NCBI RefSeq assembly: GCF_002953215.1
Contig: NZ_CP026378.1
Coordinates: 624,540 to 664,539 of the forward strand
Reading direction: 5' to 3'
Length of the DNA: 40,000 nt
Source of the DNA: Mixta calida
GTDB lineage: Bacteria; Pseudomonadota; Gammaproteobacteria; Enterobacterales; Enterobacteriaceae
This document shows positions 21,037 to 26,489 of the stretch, in pieces. The stretch's first letter is position 1, and every line of letters starts with the position of its first letter. Under the pieces are notes generated by a model that saw nothing but the letters and a program-made list of their open reading frames with translations, was not told the DNA's origin and did no database searches. The translations under genes were made by a program, and so were the position numbers.

Positions 21037-21492
21037 TTATTTTTTCTGCATTTGACCAAGTGTAATTACAGTTATTAATATTATGTGAACAATATTAAGA
21101 ATGAGAATGTATAAACCACATTTCAAAATTGTTAATGCAACATTAAATGGCATTATGATAGCCACCATGCATAATAAAAATGTTACCAATAAAAAAATAA
21201 TGCTCTGCCCATATATATGGTAGAATATATTTATATATCCTTGCTGTCGCCACCTTAGAAAAGAAGTCTTATCAGATACCGATATAATGTAAGCGCCAAT
21301 TGCAGCAATGAATCCAGTCATTGTGAAACTGAAAGTCCCTAATAATGTAGCGATACCGATTATACCTTCAGGTTTTATCGCTATGTATTGGTTTTCACAA
21401 AACACCGCAATGAGAGAAAAAACAACAGCAGTAAGAATGCTTACACCCCACGTGGCTATATTAATTTTCATTATTGCTTGGTTAGTAAGCAT
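21037..21492 (-). CDS. Cargo protein B: small polytopic (about 4 TM) membrane protein, unknown family
   Basis: I prefer the start at Met19 (ATG 21492). GAGGA lies 6 nt upstream and overlaps the stop of the upstream gene. The 151-aa product has four long hydrophobic segments (ATWGVSILTAVVFSLIAVF; GIIGIATLLGTFSFTMTGFIAAIGAYIISV; IIFLLVTFLLCMVAIIM; LTILKCGLYILILNIVHIILITVITL). Very AT-rich. Confidence 0.6.
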   Translation of the reverse strand: MLTNQAIMKINIATWGVSILTAVVFSLIAVFCENQYIAIKPEGIIGIATLLGTFSFTMTGFIAAIGAYIISVSDKTSFLRWRQQGYINIFYHIYGQSIIFLLVTFLLCMVAIIMPFNVALTILKCGLYILILNIVHIILITVITLGQMQKK

Positions 21493-21500
21493 CGTTATCC

Positions 21501-22442
21501 TCAACTTTTTGTTTTGTGGTAACTTTCTGTTTTTAGAGCAGCCCACACCGGATCAATAATACCTGAATGTATGCGTCCAGTAAATTTTTGTGCATATGTA
21601 CTCACTTCACTTATAACAACTTGGTTTTTATATATTTTTTCAAGTATTTGCTCTTCAATCTTTGTTTTGAGATGAGGGTTTATTATATCAAAAATATTCT
21701 GATTTTGATCTAAAATAAACTCTTTCACATTTGATTGAAATTCATCCGCCTTAGCTCTGAAATAAATTTCTGCATACTCTTTGTCATTGGATGAAGATAA
21801 GCTTGAGAGTAATGGTTGTATATAATCCTTCACATTCTCTTTTCTATCTTTTCTTTTTACGATAATTTGTACTTCCATATTGTCTGATGGGTCCTTGCCA
21901 AACAATCCATTTATTACATCCCCAACAGAATCATTATTTAACTTCACTCGCGCTTCAGTGATGAGTTTGAATTTCGTAGCCGATGTGGATTTGATTTCTA
22001 TTTTTAGCGTGCAAAGCTCGAAGGTGTAAATATGCGATTGAAAATCTTGATTAATTATTTCGTTAATAAAGAATTGCAAATCATCAATGTCAGCATTACC
22101 TTTACCCTCGGTTACTCCGATTATTGAATGTTTAGGGTCAACAAAAAAGTAAGTGACTTTCTCTAGACTATCTTTACCAAGCACAGACGCCAAGTCATTT
22201 ACCACACCAGTTGCTCTATCTACAGCTTTAAATGCTGTAGTAATTGCTGGCGTGGTCAAATAGTATATGCCATCAAATGAGGTGGGCATGGCTAGGTACA
22301 GTCTTTTTAACCCTTTATTTTTCTCAAAAAGAGATTTTTTTCTATGCAAACAAAAATTTTTGATAATATCTGAAATGTTATCAAAATAAACTTGTTGATT
22401 TCTATTGTCGGTTATTCTGTAAGTGAAATAATTTAATTTCAT
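21501..22442 (-). CDS. Cargo protein A: 313-aa soluble protein, no recognisable family or catalytic motif
   Basis: Long uninterrupted ORF in DNA of roughly one-third G+C, where stops are frequent by chance. AAGAG lies upstream of the ATG. The product is Lys/Asn/Ile-rich, with an apparently alpha/beta N-terminal half and a helical C-terminal half. Translationally linked to cargo B. Confidence 0.7.
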   Translation of the reverse strand: MKLNYFTYRITDNRNQQVYFDNISDIIKNFCLHRKKSLFEKNKGLKRLYLAMPTSFDGIYYLTTPAITTAFKAVDRATGVVNDLASVLGKDSLEKVTYFFVDPKHSIIGVTEGKGNADIDDLQFFINEIINQDFQSHIYTFELCTLKIEIKSTSATKFKLITEARVKLNNDSVGDVINGLFGKDPSDNMEVQIIVKRKDRKENVKDYIQPLLSSLSSSNDKEYAEIYFRAKADEFQSNVKEFILDQNQNIFDIINPHLKTKIEEQILEKIYKNQVVISEVSTYAQKFTGRIHSGIIDPVWAALKTESYHKTKS

Positions 22443-22473
22443 GTTCTCTTTCGCCTAGAGTGTTGATTTTTTT

Positions 22474-22502
22474 ATCATTGATCAGAAATATACTTTTAAC
22501 AA
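22474..22502 (-). promoter_or_regulatory. Candidate sigma70 promoter of the cargo operon
   Basis: The minus strand reads TTGTTA (22502-22497), a 17-nt spacer, then AATGAT (22479-22474), ~30 nt upstream of the ATG at 22442. Sequence match only. Confidence 0.25.
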
Positions 22503-22685
22503 GTATGCCTGCTCATTTTTTTGGGGAGGTCAATATATTATGTATTGGTATTGTTCACCTGCGTGCCTCGTAAGAGCATCAAACCTACTTTATGCATTTG
22601 CCACTGACCCATAAACGTTTATCTGCATACATCTGCGATGTACACAGGGTACGAAAATAAATGTGCATCATTGCTATTGGCGCGC

Positions 22686-22712
22686 AATGCTCTCCCCACC
22701 CCGCCTGCCCGC
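22686..22712. other. P2/P4-type cos-like site
   Basis: aatgctctccccaccccgcctgcccgc. Its complement, GGGCAGGCGGGGTGGGGAGAGCAT, resembles the P2/186 cohesive end GGCGAGGCGGGGAAAGCAC (recalled from memory) with a small insertion. Its position between cargo and the late operon is as in the P4 prophage. Confidence 0.4.
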
Positions 22713-22865
22713 TTCATGTAGCGGTTTTCATGCAGGTGCATGAGCGTCCCGAAACCGCGCCGCCACTGGTCGGAACGGGAGAATTGCAGGTGCATTTATT
22801 CATGCGTTTTCATGCGGCATAGTCATGCACTGCCGCAACGGCGGGCCAGCCAGAGAAAAAGCCAC

Positions 22866-22889
22866 AAAAAACCCGGCGCGGTGGCCGGG
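22866..22889 (-). terminator. Rho-independent terminator of the sid-psu-ogr/delta operon
   Basis: The minus strand has stem cccggc / gccggg (22889-22884 and 22877-22872) with a 6-nt loop, followed by tttttt (A-run 22866-22871 on plus). It lies 21 nt after the delta stop. Confidence 0.6.
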
Positions 22890-22909
22890 GAAGGAATCAA
22901 GTCGAATGC

Positions 22910-23185
22910 TCAGGCGGGAGCGTGCTGCCGGTTCGACAGCCTGCTGGCTGCGCCGTAGCGGTTAAGCGTCTGCGGTGCCCGCTTCGGGGTTTCCGGCGCC
23001 GGTTCGGGTGTTTCTGCTGCCTTCTGCGGCTTCATAATGATGCTGTCCAGGCTTTCCAGCGTGGTGAAGGTGCAGGAGCAGTCAATATTACGGCACTGAT
23101 ACCAGGTCTTTTTCAGCGTGCCGGTCTGGTACTCACTGGTACGGGTGTGGGCGGTGGTGCCGCACTCCGGGCATTTCATGGCCAT
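22910..23185 (-). CDS. Ogr/Delta family zinc-finger late transcription activator (single-domain)
   Basis: MAMKCPECGTTAHTRTSEYQTGTLKKTWYQCRNIDCSCTFTTLESLDSIIMKP matches P2 Ogr (CPLCQHAAHARTSRY...YHQCQNVNCSATFITYES...IVKP). I prefer the start at 23185 (AGGAGG 9 nt upstream); the ORF track gives 23209. Confidence 0.85.
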   Translation of the reverse strand: MAMKCPECGTTAHTRTSEYQTGTLKKTWYQCRNIDCSCTFTTLESLDSIIMKPQKAAETPEPAPETPKRAPQTLNRYGAASRLSNRQHAPA

Positions 23186-23186
23186 C

Positions 23187-23744
23187 TTAGCGGCCCTCCT
23201 GCTGTGCATTCAGCTTTTCCAGCCGAAACCGGTAGCCTGCATCCCTGGCCGGGGTGCGGATGGCGGCAGCGTCATCGCGCACTGCGCTGTCAGGATACAG
23301 CCCTGTCTCATTGAGGATGGCCTGGTATTCTTCAGCCACCACGGGCGCGCTGATTTCAGCCTCGCGGACAACGGCGGCACGCAACGTTCGCATGGCGGTT
23401 TCCAGCCCGGCGGGGCCGTTCAGGTAAGGTGCCAGCGCACCGGTCAGCGCAGCGCCATGCGCATCCATAAAGGCGGTCAGCGCTTCACTCACACACGTAT
23501 CAATCACATAACGATGTGCCTGAAGCACGTCACCGGCGGCACAGATAATCTGCCAGGTCAGCACGTCCTGCCATTCACGCAGGTTATCCGCCTGCTCGGC
23601 GTAATCAGTGGGTTTGCCCTCACTACTGAACAGTGTTTCAAGCTGCTGCTGTTTGTTTTCACGGTCAGCGCGCAGGATGCGCCAGCTTTCACCGGCACTG
23701 CGGTACTGGCTCAGGGCATCCTGTGGGGTGATTGCGTTTATCAT
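23187..23744 (-). CDS. psu: Psu-like (polarity suppression / capsid decoration) protein
   Basis: 185 aa (P4 Psu is ~190 aa), with a block HGAALTGALAPYL similar to P4 Psu HGTALAAALAPEL. Its start overlaps the sid stop (ATGA). It is paralogous to the upstream Sid-like protein, sharing the ETGLYP motif. Confidence 0.6.
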   Translation of the reverse strand: MINAITPQDALSQYRSAGESWRILRADRENKQQQLETLFSSEGKPTDYAEQADNLREWQDVLTWQIICAAGDVLQAHRYVIDTCVSEALTAFMDAHGAALTGALAPYLNGPAGLETAMRTLRAAVVREAEISAPVVAEEYQAILNETGLYPDSAVRDDAAAIRTPARDAGYRFRLEKLNAQQEGR

Positions 23745-24481
23745 GCTTTATCTCCTGCGGCCTTCTGTTGCTTAACCCTCATTCTGTGGCGGGCTGCGGG
23801 AGTGGGGGCCAGGCGCGCATCGCTGTATGCCTGCGGGGCCGGATACAGCCCGGTTTCTTCAAGCAGCGCATCGCCCTCAGCCGACGGGTTGTGGTCCACT
23901 GCTTTCGTCATGATTTCTTCGTGGATGAACTGCCTGAACATCGTGGTGCTGTCATTCACCCCTTCAACCCCTCCGTCGTGTTCGTTCCGCATGGCAAGCC
24001 AGCGCAGGCTCAGGGCGTGTATCAGCGCCTGGCCGTGTTCTTTCATAAATTGCGCCCAGACGTGACGGGCATGGGCATTTATCAGGGACTGGTGCGCGCT
24101 GGTATAGGCCACAGCCCGGTCGCCGGTGGTCCAGGGCAGGGTTTCAGTTTCGGCCTGGTGCGCGGCCAGCAGGTCATCGAATTCGTCCAGCGTTTCGCGG
24201 CCCAGCGCAATTTCGGCGCGCAGCTTCTTCATGCGTGGCGTCATTGCGCCCTGGTTTTCACGGAACAGCTGGCGCCATTCTTCGTTCTGCGCTCTGGCTT
24301 CTGCCTCCGTTTCTCCACGGCGTTTGCGGATGGTCTCCGCCATGCCTGCGGCATCTGCCTGTTTCTGGCGTGCGGCAAGCCATGCGGATTTGCTGCTTTT
24401 TACGCGCTCCAGCGCCTGCTGTGTGGCGGCAGGCAGGGCGGCAATGGCATCAGTGGTCGGGGTCCGGGTGGTGTCGGTCAT
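23741..24481 (-). CDS. sid: Sid-like capsid size determination (external scaffold) protein
   Basis: I prefer the start at Met47 of the ORF (MTDTTRTPTTD...), giving 246 aa against ~244 aa for P4 Sid. It is a helical Ala/Glu/Arg-rich protein and the first gene downstream of paired TGT-N12-ACA boxes. Confidence 0.6.
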   Translation of the reverse strand: MTDTTRTPTTDAIAALPAATQQALERVKSSKSAWLAARQKQADAAGMAETIRKRRGETEAEARAQNEEWRQLFRENQGAMTPRMKKLRAEIALGRETLDEFDDLLAAHQAETETLPWTTGDRAVAYTSAHQSLINAHARHVWAQFMKEHGQALIHALSLRWLAMRNEHDGGVEGVNDSTTMFRQFIHEEIMTKAVDHNPSAEGDALLEETGLYPAPQAYSDARLAPTPAARHRMRVKQQKAAGDKA

Positions 24482-24515
24482 AAATGGCTCCGTTGCGGTG
24501 TTTTCGTTAACGCCA

Positions 24516-24572
24516 TTGTGCCGTTGCTGGCACAACCCGGCTAACGGACAGCGTTGTGTCAGCCACCAGACA
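24516..24572 (-). promoter_or_regulatory. Psid-like late promoter with two Ogr/Delta boxes (TGT-N12-ACA)
   Basis: Box 1 is TGTgtcagccaccagACA at 24555-24572. Box 2 is tTGTGCCgttgctGGCACAa at 24516-24535 (7-bp perfect arms). Their centres are 38 bp apart and lie 82 and 45 bp upstream of the sid ATG. Confidence 0.55.
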
Positions 24573-24645
24573 AAAAAGCCTTTCTTCTGGCGAGCCAGGG
24601 AAGGTTTCACGCAAGCCATTATTCAGCTTTTAGTTTTATATATAT

Positions 24646-24748
24646 CCTTCACCATTCTTCACCAGAAAGAAAAATAAAGGAAATACAGCTAATTAAGAGG
24701 TGAACAGTTTAGAAACAATCCTTCACCCTCTGTTCACCATTCTTCATC
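24646..24748. repeat. ori-like cluster of alpha-protein iterons (TGTTCACC family)
   Basis: CCTTCACC at 24646, TCTTCACC at 24656, GGTGAACA (inverted TGTTCACC) at 24699, CCTTCACC at 24720, TGTTCACC at 24731 and TCTTCATC at 24741. AT-rich surroundings. Confidence 0.5.
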
Positions 24749-24896
24749 CCTCAGAGGGCACTAATAAATTATTTCGCATGGTAATTCCTTTTAATTTAAC
24801 GGTTTTCATTGGCGGAAACTTACTCTTCGTTTTACTCCGTTTCTATTCGTTCATATTCGTTTTTATTTGTTAGTAATGAGCGAAAAACAACCGTTT

Positions 24897-24914
24897 TGTA
24901 GAGGCGCTGGCACA
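24897..24914 (+). promoter_or_regulatory. Third TGT-N12-ACA box (PLL-like late promoter facing the early/replication genes)
   Basis: TGTagaggcgctggcACA lies ~110 bp upstream of the alpA-like ATG. If it is centred at -55, an A/T-rich -10 candidate lies around 24945-24953. Confidence 0.35.
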
Positions 24915-25016
24915 ATCCGGGCTTGTTGCTTTGAGCGAAAATATGCTGAAAATAAAGAGCTACCCGACGCCGGACACGTTCGCCCGGCCCCGTATGGAAC
25001 AAACAAGAGGTAGCCC

Positions 25017-25283
25017 ATGCACAGCACGTTATCCGCACATTCTTCCGCTCCGGCGGCCCCGGTTATGCCTGCAACGATGCCGGTTCAGGAGCGCTTTATG
25101 CGCCTTCCGGAAGTCATCCACGTCTGCGGCCTGTCCCGCTCGACCATTTATGACCTTATCAGCCGCGACGCCTTTCCGGCCCAGATTTCCCTGGGCGGCA
25201 AGAACGTGGCATGGCTTGCCAGCGAGGTAAGCGCCTGGATGAACGAACGCATCGCCGCGCGCGGTCAGGAGCGTGCCGCATGA
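25017..25283 (+). CDS. alpA: AlpA/Vis family phage regulatory protein (excisionase-like HTH)
   Basis: RFMRLPEVIHVCGLSRSTIYDLISRDAFPAQISLGGKNVAWLASEVSAWMNER is the AlpA-family core. AAGAGG lies 6 nt upstream of ATG 25017. Confidence 0.8.
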   Translation: MHSTLSAHSSAPAAPVMPATMPVQERFMRLPEVIHVCGLSRSTIYDLISRDAFPAQISLGGKNVAWLASEVSAWMNERIAARGQERAA

Positions 25284-25498
25284 TTATGCTGACCATTGGC
25301 GGTAAAACGCATGACCTGTCCGTGGCCGACGCGAAGCAGCTGGCGCTGGCGATTGCCGCTGAGGTGGACGAGCCGGGGCAGGCACGACGTTTTCGCGGCA
25401 CTGATACCGCCTTTTGCGTGCAAAGCGCAGGCGCGGCCCCTGCAAAAACCGATATGCAGACGTTTTCCCGCGCCGGTATCACCCTCACTGACTGCTGA
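25280..25498 (+). CDS. Small hypothetical satellite protein
   Basis: 72 codons beginning MIMLTIGGKTHDLSVADAKQLALAIAAEV. The ATG overlaps the alpA stop (ATGA). No family recognised. Confidence 0.4.
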   Translation: MIMLTIGGKTHDLSVADAKQLALAIAAEVDEPGQARRFRGTDTAFCVQSAGAAPAKTDMQTFSRAGITLTDC

Positions 25499-25744
25499 GG
25501 CCCATATGCTGTTTTTTCCTGCTTTCCCCGGCTTGCACGCCGGGGCCTTTCCCTGGTACAGTATTTCCGCTGTCGCAAAATCGGCAGCCGGGATTGGCGT
25601 CCCGAATACAACATTGGCGACACCAGACGCGCCTTGCGTCTTTTTTTGTGTCTGTGCCCTGATGCACCCATTTTTCGCGCAATGGCTTGTAATCCCTTGT
25701 GCCTGTCGAGTAATGGTGGCTCAGGCGGGGGCTTCTCACGAAGC

Positions 25745-25825
25745 GCCGGTTTCCAATGTTGCCGGTTACGCCAACCCTGTCTGGGCTACCACCAGTGAAA
25801 TTGGCGTTTCCGGTGGTAGCAGCAA
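25745..25825 (+). ncRNA. Candidate P4 CI / C4-antisense-like immunity RNA (approximate bounds)
   Basis: Non-coding stretch with a perfect 9-bp stem gctaccacc (25785-25793) / ggtggtagc (25812-25820) and an 18-nt loop, plus repeated GTTTCC motifs (25749, 25806). It lies immediately upstream of an Icd-like mini-ORF, as c4 does in P1-type immunity loci. Confidence 0.35.
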
Positions 25826-25850
25826 GCTACTAACATTGGAGATTGCCCTT

Positions 25851-25934
25851 ATGGCTACGGTCCTTAACTCCCCACACCCTCAGTTCTCACTGATCTTCGC
25901 CGCCCGCCTGCCGGTCCGGGAGGGGCGCGCATGA
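25851..25934 (+). CDS. Icd-like mini-ORF (27 codons, possibly an internally deleted remnant)
   Basis: [27 protein letters not shown]. The N- and C-terminal motifs resemble the 'host cell division inhibitor Icd-like' proteins of P4-like prophages (...FAARLPV...) as I recall them, but the middle is missing. GGAG lies 9 nt upstream. The stop overlaps the next ATG. Confidence 0.35.
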   Translation: MATVLNSPHPQFSLIFAARLPVREGRA

Positions 25935-26155
25935 ACCACATCCTGATTTCGTATTCAGACCTGCTTCGTCTGGAGCATCTGCGCAATGCCGGGCGCTTCG
26001 TCAGTGACATGACGGCCCTTCAGGACTGCCACGAACAGCCGCAGCCGCTTCAGCACGCGCAGCTGGCCTCACTGGTGTTTCTCATCACTGAACAGCTCGA
26101 CGCCGTGGTGACACGCTGCCATGACGGCGTGATGAATGAAGAGGTGAAACCATGA
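25931..26155 (+). CDS. Small hypothetical satellite protein
   Basis: 74 aa. ATGA overlaps on both sides place it in the early operon upstream of alpha. No family recognised. Confidence 0.4.
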   Translation: MNHILISYSDLLRLEHLRNAGRFVSDMTALQDCHEQPQPLQHAQLASLVFLITEQLDAVVTRCHDGVMNEEVKP

Positions 26156-26475
26156 ATACCCATGCCCTTTCTCCTGACCTGCGCGCTGCGCTTTCCCGCC
26201 GGGCGGTGGCCTGTGCCTGGCTTTCCCTGTGCCGCAGACAGCAGCGCTACCCCATGCTGACGCTAACGCGTCTTGAGCAGGCGATTGAAAACGAGCTGGA
26301 AGGCTTTTACCTGCGCCAGCATGGCCGGGTGCGCGGGCAGGAGATTGCCTGCGCGCTGCTGGATGACCTGCTGGCCACCGGGCCGCTGAAGTCAGCCCCG
26401 TGCCTGAGCTTTCTGGGTCAGGTGGTGATGGACGAGCTGTGCGGACGTCTGGAAAGCACGCCGCTGCTGCACTGA
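26152..26475 (+). CDS. Hypothetical satellite protein upstream of alpha
   Basis: 107 aa, translationally coupled to the preceding ORF. It occupies the position of the P4 epsilon/orf151 region. No family recognised. Confidence 0.45.
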   Translation: MNTHALSPDLRAALSRRAVACAWLSLCRRQQRYPMLTLTRLEQAIENELEGFYLRQHGRVRGQEIACALLDDLLATGPLKSAPCLSFLGQVVMDELCGRLESTPLLH

Positions 26476-26489
26476 GGGAGAAAATCATA

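Noticed and set aside
23118-24677. Several plus-strand ORFs of 180-315 aa overlapping psu/sid
   Set aside because: They lie opposite a tightly coupled sid-psu-delta operon whose products match P4 late proteins. The plus-strand products are Cys/Arg/Gly-rich noise.
25159-25850. 170-aa minus-strand and 212-aa plus-strand ORFs across the satellite immunity region
   Set aside because: Their Pro/Arg/Ala/Cys-rich products lack SD sequences, so I interpret the region as non-coding or RNA-encoding. Only the last 27 codons of the plus-strand ORF look meaningful (the Icd-like part).
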